Assembly (NCBI RefSeq): GCF_963921235.1
Contig: NC_086108.1
Coordinates: 22,754,001-22,818,000 of the forward strand
Source: Mobula hypostoma
Taxonomy: Eukaryota
DNA length: 64,000 nt
Reading direction: 5' to 3'
A model generated the notes under the pieces. It saw only the letters and a program-made list of their open reading frames with translations. It searched no databases and was not told the DNA's origin. The position numbers were made by a program, and so were the translations under genes. Each line of letters starts with the position of its first letter. The first letter of the stretch is position 1. Positions 1 to 10,625 of the stretch are shown in pieces.

Positions 1-129
1 GGTGGATAGCAATGCTATGGATGTCAGTAGTGTGGATATTGGTGGGTCAGTATAGATTCAGGTGGGATGCTGGATTTATGCTTGGGTCAGTGAGGGTTCG
101 AGTGAGATAGTGAGAGTTTGGGGAGAACA

Positions 130-1170
130 GCTGTGCTTCAGGTGAGACCATGTGGCTTCAGATAGGGCAGTATTGGTTCAGATAGAGTGTTGATTCAGAT
201 AGGACAATGTTGGTTGAGATAGGACAGTGTTGGTTGAGATAGGACAGTGTTGGTTCAGTTAGGATAGTGTTGGTTCAGATAGGATAGTGTTGGTTCAGAT
301 AGGACAGTGTTGGTTCAGATAGGATAGTGTTGGTTCAGATAGGACAGTGTTGGTTCAGATAGAACAGTGTTGGTTCAGATAGCACAGTGTTGGTTGAGAT
401 AGGACAGTGTTGGTTCAGATAGGACAGTGTTGGTTCCGATAGGACATTGTTGGTTCAGATAGGACAGTGTTGGTTTAGATAGGACAGTGTTAGTTCAAAT
501 AGAACAGTGTTGGTTCGGATAGAACAGTGTTGGTTCAGATAGACCAGTGTTGGTTCAGATAGGATAGTGTTAGTTCAGTTAGAACAGTGTTGTTTCAGAT
601 ATGACAGTGTTAGTTCAGATAGAACAGTGTTGGTTCAGATAGGACAGTGTTGGTTCAGATAAGACAGTGTTGGTTCAGATAGGACAGTGTTGGTTTAGAT
701 AGGTTAGTATTAGTTCAGTTAGAGCGGTGTTGGTTCAGCTGGGACAGTGTTGGTTCAGATAGAACAGTGTTGGTTCAGATAGACCAGTGTTGGTTCAGAT
801 AGGATAGTGTTAGTTCAGTTAGAACAGTGTTGTTTCAGATACGACAGATGTGGCCTGTGTGGCTACGGGGATCAGGGGGTATGGAAGGAAGGCTGGGGCA
901 GGGTTCTGAGTTGGATGATCAGCCATGATCATAATAAATGGCGGTGCAGGCTCGAAGGGCCGAATGGCCTACTCCTGCACCTATTTTCTATGTTTCTATG
1001 ACAGTGTTAGTTCAGATAGAACAGTGTTGGTTCAGATAAGACAGTGTTGGTTCAGATAGGACGGTGTTGGTTCAGATAGGACAGTGTTGGTTCAGTTAGA
1101 ACAGTGTTGGTTCAGATAGGACAGTGTTGGTTCAGATAGAACAATGTTAGTTTAGGTTGGAACAGGGTTG
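130..1170. repeat. 20-bp minisatellite, consensus AGGACAGTGTTGGTTCAGAT, degenerate at edges
   Basis: About 40 contiguous 20-bp units; 541-600 is identical to 781-840; interrupted by a CR1 3' fragment. Confidence 0.95.
846..1000 (+). mobile_element. CR1 LINE (young family A) extreme 3' fragment
   Basis: Nearly identical to ~8361-8515; ends GGCTCGAAGGGCCGAATGGCCTACTCC...TTTCTATGTTTCTATG; flanked by ACGACAG (841-847) and ATGACAG (998-1004). Confidence 0.93.
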
Positions 1171-2234
1171 GTTCAGGCAGTATGGGAGGTGTGTTGGTTC
1201 AGGTGGGAGAGGAAAGAACAAAGAATTCTGCTATTGACTCTTCCTTTGGTGCACAGAAATCCTGTGTGCTCACCTGCCTCTAATCCATATTGCTATGACA
1301 TTTTTATCAAGAAACCATCATTCTCAGGCAGGAAAATATACCTCGACAGGTTGTTAAGGGAAAGACTATATGATATTTTTGCTGCCTTCCTGTGAACAGG
1401 GTGCTTTTGATTCCGGTCTGAATAGCCTGGTCCTGTGTTGATGTACAACATGGAGGGGAACCTGGTGTTCCCTAGTGTTTGCTACCTGTGCTTTTTGGTA
1501 GTTGAGGCTGCATGTTTGGGAAGTGCTGTTAGTTGCCCTGGCTATCCAATGCTTTGTCATCCTCTCATCTTTTACCTCAGCGCCACTTTCCTGCACGAAC
1601 TCTGCACCCATTGATTGCCTGAATGCTTCTGGTGATGGATGGGGTGCCAGAAAGATGGAGTGTTTTATGGTGTGCAGAGCTGTAATCTAATCCGTTGGTC
1701 CTGGTCATGGGCTTGCCCAGATCTGTCAGTGCATGTTGTTTAACATTCTTGTTTAATATACTGGAGATTCACCATATTGGTGTTTCATCTCTCAGGGAGT
1801 CTCGTGCTGCTCCTAGTGTGCCTTTCTGTACTGAAACAAGACTGCACTCCTGGCTAATGGTTTAGTGAAGGATAACAGTGATAGGGTGGGCTCAGAGCAA
1901 GTAGTCTATGGTACAATAAACAGGGCCAACTTTCTAAGAAAACAGGAAGCTGTAGCAACTTTTCCCGATAAAAGCAGACCAATTTCTCCAAAAGTCTGCA
2001 ATGAATGGGGAATAATTTCATACATACTTGTAGCTATGTTGCCAACAGGCTTGGTTTAATAGTACTGTCAACATACTCTGTTTGAGGCAAGTGATTCAGT
2101 GTAGGTTGTAGGTTGGGACTTATTTTGAGAAATTGATTATTGTCCCTGGTGGAGAACAGGGACTGATCTTGCTGGAGCTGAATGCCTCACTAATCAGAAT
2201 TCTCTCTATGCCTCTGTCCAACATCCTCATCCAG

Positions 2235-2520
2235 TAGAAGTTGCCTCACAGCTTCTGTGTCTCAGACTCGATCCTGACCTCAGATGCTGTCTGCGTGGAG
2301 TTTGCATGATCTCTGTGTGTTGGCACGAGTTTCCTCCAGGCATTCTGGTTTCTTTCCACATCCAAAAAGAGGTGCAGGTTGGGAGCTAGTTGGTCACTAT
2401 GAATTAGCCCTTGTGTAGGTGGGTGGCAGGGGGAAGGGAGAAAGGGTGGGGAAGTGATAATGGGTGTCAATATACATGTGAGAAAGGAAAAAGTTCCAGG
2501 GAAATGGGACTGATGGAGAA
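2235..2520 (+). mobile_element. V-SINE (HE1-like, tRNA-derived), degraded
   Basis: V-domain core GTGGAGTTTGCATG...TTTCCTCCAGGCATTCTGGTTTCTTTCCACATCCAAAAAGAGGTGCAGGTT. Confidence 0.75.
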
Positions 2521-2863
2521 TGCTGTACTGAATGCCAGCATGGAGATGATAGGCAGGCACTGAGCTGATATTGATCCAGTGTGAACAACAGGGAATCTAG
2601 GATTTTTCCATTACAGAAAGCAAGTGGACAATCCACTTCAAGGGTGCGTTAAAAAAAAGCTACTTTCTAATCAGGGTGGCAATCAAGATTTTGAAGGCAG
2701 AGTTTTGTGGTAGTTTTTCTGAGTTGAGGAGTGATCCATCAACAAGAAGTATTCATTTGAATAATTCAAGTGCAAGTGGAGCGGCCATTCATCTGGACAG
2801 CGCCACACTTTAAAGTGGCTTTGGCTCATCAGGCTTAGGTGAGACAAACTGTCTTGCAGGTTA

Positions 2864-2865
<2 letters not shown>

Positions 2866-2895
<30 letters not shown>
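2866..2895. repeat. (CT)n microsatellite
   Basis: Pure CT run of about 15 units. Confidence 0.95.
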
Positions 2896-2898
<3 letters not shown>

Positions 2899-2939
2899 CT
2901 TATTTGCTCATTCTTCATCTGTTAGGGCATGGTAGTTTA

Positions 2940-3260
2940 GTGAGAATAGCTCCAGGGCCAGTGTGTTGCACTCTGTGTGGGATGTGGGAGGTCTGGGAGA
3001 TCTCCAGTCTCCCACAAAAGCACATCTGCACTGGGTGCACTGAGTTGTAGCTCCTGAGAGAAGGTATTAAGGAACCAGAGCTGCAGATCAGTGACCATCT
3101 CATACAGATGAATGAGGAAGTGATAGACAGGAACTACAGGGAGGCAGGTTACAGGAGATGGGTAACTGGGTGACTGTCAGAAGAAGGTGAAATGCACAGA
3201 CAGTGCAGAGTACACCTGTAGTCATTTCCCCAATAATAAGCATACAAATTTAGATACTAC
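2940..3260 (+). mobile_element. CR1 ORF1 remnant (zinc-finger region)
   Basis: Encodes CTLCGMWEV...HICTGCTEL and NNK-like motifs, homologous to the ORF1 at 63541-63834; frameshifts and stops. Confidence 0.75.
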
Positions 3261-3261
3261 C

Positions 3262-3408
3262 GGATCACCCCCCAACTTTCTTACTCTGATGCCTTATCTT
3301 TTTTTCTCCAGTCCTGATGAAGGGTCTCAGCCTAAAATGTCGACTGTACTCTTTTCCATTGATGCTGCCTGGCCTGCTGAGTTCCTCCAGCATTTTGTAT
3401 GCATTGCT
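3262..3408 (+). mobile_element. Penelope-like element 3' terminal fragment (family A)
   Basis: Same terminus as 46956-47100, which adjoins a GIY-YIG-type C-terminus; contains GATGCTGCCTGGCCTGCTGAGTTCCTCCAGC. Confidence 0.75.
3309..3346 (+). ncRNA. Minimal type I hammerhead ribozyme motif, mutated
   Basis: CAGTC-CTGATGA-A-GGGTCTCAGCCT-AAAAT-GTC-GACTG: helix I CAGTC/GACTG, intact CUGAUGA box, GAAAC box decayed to AAAAT. Confidence 0.65.
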
Positions 3409-3409
3409 A

Positions 3410-4030
3410 GGCCATAGTCAGCATGGTTTCCTCAAGGGAAAATCTTGCCTGACAAATTTACTTTAATTCTTTGAAGAAATAATAAGCAGGATAGACAAAC
3501 GAGAATCGGATGATGTTGTGTACTTGGATTTTCAGAAGGCCTTTGACAAGGTACCACACATGAGGCTGTTTAACGCAGCGGCTGACTGGCAGGCAGGAGG
3601 CAAAGAGTGGAAATAAAGGGGGGCCTGTATTCACTGGAATTCAGAAGAATGAGGGGTGACCTCATTGAAACCTATCGAATAGTGAAAGATAGAGTGGATG
3701 TGGAGAGGATGTTTCCTGTGGTGGGAGAGTCTCAGAGGCCACAGATTCAGAACACAGGGGTGTCTTTTTAGGACAGAAATGAAGAAGAATTTCCTTAGCC
3801 AGAGAGTGGTGAATCTGTGGAATTATTTGCCACAGACAGCTGTGGAGGCCAAGTCTTTATGTCTATATAAGGCAGAAGTTGATAGGTTCTTGATTGGTCA
3901 GGGCATGAAGGGATACAGGGAGAAGGCAAGAGATTGGGGCTGAGAGGAAAATGGATCAGCCATGATGAAATGGTGGAGCAGATTCAAATGGCCAAATGGC
4001 CTAATTCTGCTCCTATGTCCTATGGCCTTA
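3410..4030 (+). mobile_element. Old CR1 ORF2/3' remnant with internal deletions
   Basis: QHGF.KGKSCLTNL and YLDFQKAFDKVPH motifs joined to C-terminal NFLSQRVVNLWN and a CR1 3' tail. Confidence 0.85.
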
Positions 4031-4124
4031 ATTTGTGATTGAGAGGGAAAGGACTTGGGGGAGGGGATGGTGGTTGATAACTATGTGAAATTGGAGATAG
4101 ATAGAGAGAGGGCAAGAATGTGTA

Positions 4125-4655
4125 CAATTTTCGTCACCTACATACAGGAAAAATGTAAATAAGGTTGAAAGAGTACAGAGAAAATTTACAAGATGTTACT
4201 GGGTCTGGAGGACCTGAGTTATAAGGAGAGATTAAATAGGTTAGGACTTTATTCCTTGGAATGTTGAAGATTGAAAGATTTGATAGAGGTATACAAAATT
4301 ATAAGGGGTATAGATAAGGTAAATGCAAGCAGGCTTTTTCCACTGAGGTCGGACGTGACTCAATGAGAGGTCATGGGTTAAGGATGAAAGGTGAAAAGTT
4401 TAAGAGAAACCTGAGGGAAAACTTCTTCACTCAGGGAATTGTGAGAGTGTGGAACGAGCTATCAGCACAAGTGGTGGATGTGAGTTCAATTTCAACAATT
4501 AAGAGAAGTTTCGATAGGTACATGGATGGTAGGGGTATGGAGGGCTGTGGTCTCAGTGCAGTTCAGGTTGATGGGAGTAGGCAGTTTAAATGGTTCAGTA
4601 CAGACTATATGGGCCAAAGGGCCTGTTTCTGGGCTGTACTTTTCTGTTACTTTAT
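4125..4655 (+). mobile_element. CR1 3' fragment (family B-like)
   Basis: RGHGLRMKGEKFK...NFFTQ...VWNEL; homologous to 32040-32560. Confidence 0.85.
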
Positions 4656-5034
4656 GTCTAGATTAAGAGAGTGAAAAAAGAAACTAAAAACCTGACATTT
4701 TAAAGCTTGTTCATAACCCGAAGGAATGAACCTCTTGGCTGAAATTATTCACTTTCTGGGCCAAAGAGGATGATTGAGAATTGGTAATAATTATTCAGTT
4801 TAATAATTAGTAGACATAAGTTTAATGGGAAATTAATAGGCAAATCTGTTCTTAAAATTAGTAAGGAACCCAAAGGCAAGAATCCATTTCAGTTAGGCAT
4901 AAAGTGGAGCCGTGTTTGAGACTTTCAACTCGTGATGTATCTACTTAGACTCTTTTTCAGCATGTTCCAGCCTTATTCTTCAGGGTTTGCAGATTTTAAA
5001 AAATTGAATTCATGGTAGTATTTTAAAGGATTCT

Positions 5035-5272
5035 TCATGTCATGTTCTTGATATTTATTGTTTATTTATTTATTTATTATTATTTCTTTCATGTTGAATT
5101 TGCACCCTTTGTTGTCTTTTGCACAGTGGTTGGATGCCCAGATGGTTCTGTCTTTCACTGATTCTATAATGGTTATTATTCTATTATAGATTTATTGAGT
5201 ACACCTGCAGGAAAATGAATCTCAGGGTTGTTAATGGTGACATACATGTCCTTTGAACTTTGAACTTTGAAC
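5035..5272 (+). mobile_element. LINE 3' UTR (Rex1/L2-like) with (TTTGAAC)n tail
   Basis: AT-rich UTR ending in a short tandem tail CTTTGAACTTTGAACTTTGAAC. Confidence 0.55.
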
Positions 5273-5548
5273 AAGAATTGTGGGTGAAATGTAGCAGGAG
5301 GAATGAGCAAAACTTATCTTTGAAATTCTAAACCCAGGGAAGCATTGGGCACAGAAACAGTCCACACCAACCAGCAACCTCCATGCTAGAGCCATAGAGC
5401 AGGGGTCCCCAACCTCCTTTGCACCGCGGACAGGTTTATCATTGACAATATTCTTGCGGACCAACCGACCCGGGGGGGGGGCGGGTAGGGTTGCCAACAG
5501 ACAAGAGTAGCAGTCAAATACGTTGTGTTTACCCCAAGAAAGACTACC

Positions 5549-8425
5549 ATGACCATGAAGCCTTGCGCGGGCACCTGTGTGCACATGAGTGTACGTGCCG
5601 ATTTTCTTCTACAAATCGTGAAGGCTTTATGTGTCAATGCAAGGAGCATTCGTAATAAGGTGGATGAATTGAAAGTGCAGATTGTTATTAATGATTATGA
5701 TATAGTCGGGATCGCAGAGACATGGCTCCAGGGTGACCAGGGATGGGAGCTCAACGTTCAGGGATATTCAATATTCAGGAGGGATAGACATGAAGGAAGG
5801 GGAGGTGGGGTGGCGTTGCTGGTTAAAGAAGAGATTAACGCAATAGAAAGGAAGGACATAAGCCAGGAAGATGTGGAATCGATATGGGTAGAGCTGCGTA
5901 ACACCAAGGGGCAGAAGACGCTGGTGGGAGTTGTGTACAGGCCACCTAACAGTAGTAGTGAGGTCGGAGATGGTATTAAACACGAAATTAGAAATGTGTG
6001 CAATAAAGGAACAGCAGTTATAGTGGGTGACTTCAATCTACATGTAGACTGGGTGAACCAAATTGGTAAAGGTGCTGAGGAAGAGGATTTCTTGGAATGT
6101 ATGCGGGATGGTTTTTTGAACCAACATGTCGAGGAACCAACTAGAGAGCAGGCTATTCTGGACTGGGTTTTGAGCAATGAGGAAGGGTTAATTAGCGATC
6201 TTGTCGTGAGAGGCCCCTTGGGTAAGAGTGACCATAATATGGTGGAATTCTTCATTAAGATGGAGAGTGACATAGTTAATTCAGAAACAAAGGTTCTGAA
6301 CTTAAAGAGGGGTAAGTTTGAAGGTATGAGACGTGAATTAGCTAAGATAGACTGGCAAATGACACTTAAAGGATTGACGGTGGATATGCAATGGCAAGCA
6401 TTTAAAGGTTGCATGGATGAACTACAACAATTGTTCATCCCAGTTTGGCAAAAGAATAAATCAAGGAAGGTAGTGCACCCGTGGCTGACAAGAGAAATTA
6501 GGGATAGTATCAATTCCAAAGAAGAAGCATACAAATTAGCCAGAGAAAGTGGCTCACCTGAGGACTGGGAGAAATTCAGAGTTCAGCAGAGGAGGACAAA
6601 GGGCTTAATTAGGAAGGGGAAAAAAGATTATGAGAGAAAACTGGCAGGGAACATAAAAATGGACTGTAAAAGCTTTTATAGACATGTAAAAAGGAAAAGA
6701 CTGGTAAAGACAAATGTAGGTCCCCTGCAGACAGAAACAGGTGAATTGATTATGGGGAGCAAGGACATGGCAGACCAATTGAATAGTTACTTTGGTTCTG
6801 TCTTCACTAAGGAGGACATAAATAATCTTCCAGAAATAGTAAGGGACAGAGGGTCCAGTGGGATGGAGGAACTGAGCAAAATACATGTTAGTAGGGAAGT
6901 GGTGTTAGGTAAATTGAAGGGATTGAAGGCAGATAAATCCCCAGGGCCAGATGGTCTGCATCCTAGAGTGCTTAAAGAAGTAGCCCAAGAAATAGTGGAT
7001 GCATTAGTGATAATTTTTCAAAACTCGTTAGATTCTGGACTAGTTCCTGAGGATTGGAGGGTGGCTAATGTAACCCCACTTTTTAAAAAAGGAGGGAGAG
7101 AGAAACCGGGGAATTATAGACCGGTTAGCCTAACGTCGGTGGTGGGGAAACTGCTGGAGTCAGTTATCAAGGATGTGATAACAGCACATTTGGAAAGCGG
7201 TGAAATGATCGGACAAAGTCAGCATGGATTTGTGAAAGGAAAATCATGTCTGACGAATCTCATAGAATTTTTTGAGGATGTAACTAGTAGAGTGGATGGG
7301 GGAGAACCAGTGGATGTGGTATATTTGGATTTTCAAAAGGCTTTTGACAAGGTCCCACACAGGAGATTAGTGTGCAAACTTAAAGCACACGGTTTTGGGG
7401 GTAAGGTATTGGTGTGGGTGGAGAATTGGTTAGCAGACAGGAAGCAAAGAGTGGGAATAAACGGGACCTTTTCAGAATGGCAGGCGGTGACTAGTGGGGT
7501 ACCGCAAGGCTCAGTGCTGGGACCCCAGTTGTTTACAATATATATTAATGACTTGGATGAGGGAATTAAATGCAGCATCTCCAAGTTTGCGGATGACACG
7601 AAACTGGGCGGCAGTGTTAGCTGTGAGGAGGATGCTAAGAGGATGCAGGGTGACTTGGATAGGTTAGGTGAGTGGGCAAATTCATGGCAGATGCAATTTA
7701 ATGTGGATAAATGTGAAGTTATCCACTTTGGTGGCAAAAATAGGAAAACAGATTATTATCTGAATGGTGGCCGCTTAGGAAAAGGGGAGGTGCAACGAGA
7801 CCTGGGTGTCATTATACACCAGTCATTGAAAGTGGGCATGCAGGTACAGCAGGCGGTGAAAAAGGCGAATGGTATGCTGGCATTTATAGCGAGAGGATTC
7901 GAGTACAGGAGCAGGGAGGTACTACTGCAGTTGTACAAGGCCTTGGTGAGACCACACCTGGAGTATTGTGTGCAGTTTTGGTCCCCTAATCTGAGGAAAG
8001 ACATCTTTGCCTTAGAGGGAATACAAGGAAGGTTCACCAGATTGATTCCTGGGATGGCGGGACTTTCATATGAAGAAAGACTGGATGAATTGGGCTTGTA
8101 CTCGTTGGAATTTAGAAGATTGAGGGGGGATCTGATTGAAACGTATAAGATCCTAAAGGGATTGGACAGGCTAGATGCAGGAAGATTGTTCCCGATGTTG
8201 GGGAAGTCCAGAACGAGGGGTCACAGTTTGAGGATAAAGGGGAAGCCTTTTAGGACCGAGATTAGGAAAAACTTCTTCACACAGAAAGTGGTGAATCTGT
8301 GGAATTCTCTGCCACAGGAAACAGTTGAGGCCAGTTCATTGGCTATATTTAAGAGGGAGTTAGATATGGCCCTTGTGGCTACGGGGATCAGGGGGTATGG
8401 AGGGAAGGCTGGGGCGGGGTTCTGA
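5549..8425 (+). CDS. CR1 ORF2 (APE endonuclease + reverse transcriptase), uninterrupted; N-terminal ~23 aa come from the hAT flank
   Basis: APE motifs NARS, ETWL, YRPP, GDFN, SDH; RT motifs NYRPVSL, DFQKAFD, GVPQGSVLGP, FADD; no stops; first in-frame ATG at 5549. Confidence 0.9.
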   Translation: MTMKPCAGTCVHMSVRADFLLQIVKALCVNARSIRNKVDELKVQIVINDYDIVGIAETWLQGDQGWELNVQGYSIFRRDRHEGRGGGVALLVKEEINAIERKDISQEDVESIWVELRNTKGQKTLVGVVYRPPNSSSEVGDGIKHEIRNVCNKGTAVIVGDFNLHVDWVNQIGKGAEEEDFLECMRDGFLNQHVEEPTREQAILDWVLSNEEGLISDLVVRGPLGKSDHNMVEFFIKMESDIVNSETKVLNLKRGKFEGMRRELAKIDWQMTLKGLTVDMQWQAFKGCMDELQQLFIPVWQKNKSRKVVHPWLTREIRDSINSKEEAYKLARESGSPEDWEKFRVQQRRTKGLIRKGKKDYERKLAGNIKMDCKSFYRHVKRKRLVKTNVGPLQTETGELIMGSKDMADQLNSYFGSVFTKEDINNLPEIVRDRGSSGMEELSKIHVSREVVLGKLKGLKADKSPGPDGLHPRVLKEVAQEIVDALVIIFQNSLDSGLVPEDWRVANVTPLFKKGGREKPGNYRPVSLTSVVGKLLESVIKDVITAHLESGEMIGQSQHGFVKGKSCLTNLIEFFEDVTSRVDGGEPVDVVYLDFQKAFDKVPHRRLVCKLKAHGFGGKVLVWVENWLADRKQRVGINGTFSEWQAVTSGVPQGSVLGPQLFTIYINDLDEGIKCSISKFADDTKLGGSVSCEEDAKRMQGDLDRLGEWANSWQMQFNVDKCEVIHFGGKNRKTDYYLNGGRLGKGEVQRDLGVIIHQSLKVGMQVQQAVKKANGMLAFIARGFEYRSREVLLQLYKALVRPHLEYCVQFWSPNLRKDIFALEGIQGRFTRLIPGMAGLSYEERLDELGLYSLEFRRLRGDLIETYKILKGLDRLDAGRLFPMLGKSRTRGHSLRIKGKPFRTEIRKNFFTQKVVNLWNSLPQETVEASSLAIFKRELDMALVATGIRGYGGKAGAGF

Positions 8426-8524
8426 GTTGGATGATCAGCCATGATCATAATAAATGGCGGTGCAGGCTCGAAGGGCTGAATGGCCTACTCCTGCACCTAT
8501 TTTCTATGTTTCTATGTTTCTATG
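5619..8524 (+). mobile_element. CR1 LINE family A, 5'-truncated at the start of ORF2
   Basis: Begins at KALCVNARSIRNK (APE N-terminus); ends in a (TTTCTATG)3 tail; splits hAT sequence AAATCG|TTTTTGG. Confidence 0.96.
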
Positions 8525-8779
8525 TTTTTGGCGGTTCTGTTTGGGGGGGGAAGTGTTAATCACGACCGGAATATAGGTGATAAGTGGCTAATACACTCAA
8601 TTTCATTTCTAAAAAGGTTTATCTAATGAATTTAATATTAAACACACAGCGCATATTTTCCTCGCATGAATACTTTATACTTTATTGTTGCCAAACAATT
8701 GATACTAGAACGTACAATCATGATAGCGATATTTGATATAGTGATAAGTCAATTATCAGGGGAGGACAGGGGAGCTTGA

Positions 8780-8985
8780 AGTAAGTGTTGAACGAACTTC
8801 CAGTAGAAGTGGTAGAGGCAGGTTCGATATTATCATTTAAGGAAAAATTGGATAGGTATATGGACAGGAAAGGAATGGGGGGTTATGGGCTGAGTGCAGG
8901 TCAGTGGGACTAGGTGAGAGTAGCGTTCGGCACGGACTAGAAGGGCAGAGATGGCCTGTTTCCGTGCTGTAATTGTTATATGGTG
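8780..8985 (+). mobile_element. CR1 3' fragment (different family) inside the hAT
   Basis: ELPVEVVEAG...FKEKLDRYMDRKG followed by the CR1 3' stem-loop GAAGGGCAGAGATGGCCTGTTTCCGTGCTG. Confidence 0.75.
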
Positions 8986-9158
8986 ATAGAAGTCACTTAT
9001 AAGTCAATAGCATCATAACATTTTAAGTAATATTTGGATATTAAACACACGGCACATATTTTCCTTGTATGAACATATAAAATCATTGAAACACATCAAT
9101 ATCGCTGAATCAGTGGGAGCCCTGGGCTGAATACTTGTTTCCCTGCAACAAGTCGGTC

Positions 9159-9458
9159 CTATCGAGGGGTGATGGGAGACAGTGATACTCGAAGGGGGTT
9201 CCTTATGTCCAGTCTATTCCGCAATTTAGTTTTCGTTACATTCATTGCAGAGATATGTTGGAAATGGAAGCAACTTTTCAGTGCTTTCATGGCTATCTCA
9301 GGATATTTAGCCTTGACTTTGATACAGAATGCCGGCAGAGATGTTATGTCAAACATACTTTTCAGCCCGCCGTCAATTCCAAGCTCGAAGAGTTGATCTC
9401 CTTCCCGCGCTGACATGGACGATGCGCGGGTAATGACCTCGCGTGCGTTCAAGCTCAA
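9159..9458 (-). pseudogene. hAT transposase C-terminal (dimerisation domain) remnant
   Basis: SLPAF.IKVKAKYPEIAMKALK...KTKLRNRLDI.NPLRVSLSPITPR resembles Charlie/Buster (SCAND3/ZBED5-type) C-termini. Confidence 0.8.
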
Positions 9459-9572
9459 CAGTGGGCGTGACAGGGAATGAGGAAAAGTGCGGCTGACTCA
9501 TATCGTCAAATCATATCGTTTCCTCACGGCCTGGTAGCGCATGCTTTGTGGCCTGGTGGTTGGGGACCGCTG

Positions 9573-9895
9573 CCATAGAGAGATACAGCATGGAAGCAGG
9601 CCTATTGGCCCACAAAGTCTGTGCTGACCATCAGCCGCCTAATCACATGAATCCAATATTAATTGCTTTTCATTCTTAACTCCCTCTGGGTTCCACCACT
9701 CATCAGACCACCACATATCTGGGGCAATTTATACAGCCAATTAACCTATTAACTCACAAATGTTTTGGATGCGGGGCACCTGGGGGAAACCCACAATATT
9801 CCAAGGAGAATATGCAAACTCCCCAGAGATAGCACCAGAGGTCAGGATTGAACATGAATTTCTGACACTGTGAGGCAACAGCTCTACTAGCTACC
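9573..9895 (-). mobile_element. V-SINE (HE1-like); the hAT inserted in its 3' tail
   Basis: GAGAATATGCAAACTCC, GAGGTCAGGATTGAAC (B-box, reverse) and a CR1-like tail GGCCTATTGGCCCAC. Confidence 0.75.
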
Positions 9896-10124
9896 CATCT
9901 TTGTTGAGATGAAGCCTTCAGTGACTGCAGATCTTTTTCATGCTCCCAGTTACCCTCCAGAGTGATGGTCTGTGCATTAAATACAGCTCTCTGTGCTCCA
10001 TTTGCTCCCTCTATACTGGACCATGGGCTATAGAACTTCTGCCTTATGTTGGTTCACAGTTTCAATCCCTATGAAAATTCACTTCACCCACTAATCAGCA
10101 GACTGTGTCTATAGGTTGTCATAA

Positions 10125-10270
10125 ATACAGGAGATTCTGAAGATGCTGGAAATCCAGAATAACACACACACACAAGATGCTGGAGGAACTCAGCAGCTCA
10201 GGCAGAATCTGTGGTGGAATAAAGAATTGATGTTTTGGGCAGAGACCCTTTATCAGGACTGGAAAGGAAT
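10125..10270 (-). mobile_element. Penelope-like 3' terminal fragment (family A) with decayed hammerhead
   Basis: Reverse complement reads CCAGTCCTGATAAAGGGTCTCTGCCCAAAACATC...GCTGAGTTCCTCCAGCATC. Confidence 0.7.
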
Positions 10271-10364
10271 GAGAAGGAGCCAGATTGTAGGTTGAATATA
10301 TAAGATGTTTGATGTGCAAAACTTTTCCACTTACTCCCCCAGGATATTCCTGTGGTATTTCCCA

Positions 10365-10625
10365 GACCCTCTGCCGCTGGCACAAGAAGGGCATGGGCAG
10401 CAGGTGAATGGGAATACCTCCCCTTGTTGCGTTCCCTTACAAGTCGTATGTTATCCTGATTTGGGGATTGATCACTGGTTCTTCATCCTTGTGGGTATAA
10501 GTCCCACACTGCCTGCCCTAAAAGCACTGTGTGTGCACCTGCTCCAGAAGCATTGCGGTGATTCAAGAAATTCATTCCTCACCACCTCCTTGAGTGCAGT
10601 TAGGGACAGGCAATAAATGCAGGGC
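10365..10625 (+). mobile_element. Old LINE 3' end (CR1/L2 group)
   Basis: Ends TTCAAGAA...CTCACCACCTCC...TTAGGGACAGGCAATAAATGC; related fragment at ~34840-34945. Confidence 0.5.

Larger units (their letters stand above)
5400..9572 (-). mobile_element. Non-autonomous hAT DNA transposon (Buster/Charlie-type) with nested insertions
   Basis: TIRs CAGGGGTCCCCAACC (5400-5414) and GGTTGGGGACCGCTG (9558-9572), 14/15 match; perfect 8-bp TSD CCATAGAG (5392-5399, 9573-9580) with central TA; transposase remnant at 9159-9458. Confidence 0.93.

Noticed and set aside
130..1170. Regular short repeats resembling a CRISPR array (also 25592-25855)
   Set aside because: Units are contiguous with no unique spacers, no cas genes are present, and the context is eukaryotic.
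1370..1860. Possible ancient LINE remnant or coding exon
   Set aside because: No motif could be identified with confidence in any frame.
2235..2300. tRNA genes (B-box-like motifs here and near 9840, 21090, 28310, 33590)
   Set aside because: No cloverleaf can be folded; they are decayed SINE heads.
5525..8425. RT ORFs as host genes, retrons or group II introns
   Set aside because: APE+RT layout, 5' truncation and microsatellite or poly(A) tails identify non-LTR retrotransposons.
5758..8448. Recurrent antisense ORFs (258, 134, 93, 75 aa) conserved among loci
   Set aside because: They are shadows of CR1 ORF2; they recur because the copies are near-identical, not because of independent selection.
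9159..9458. Domesticated SCAND3/ZBED-type gene
   Set aside because: A short deleted fragment lying between TIRs with a TSD; it is a transposon remnant.
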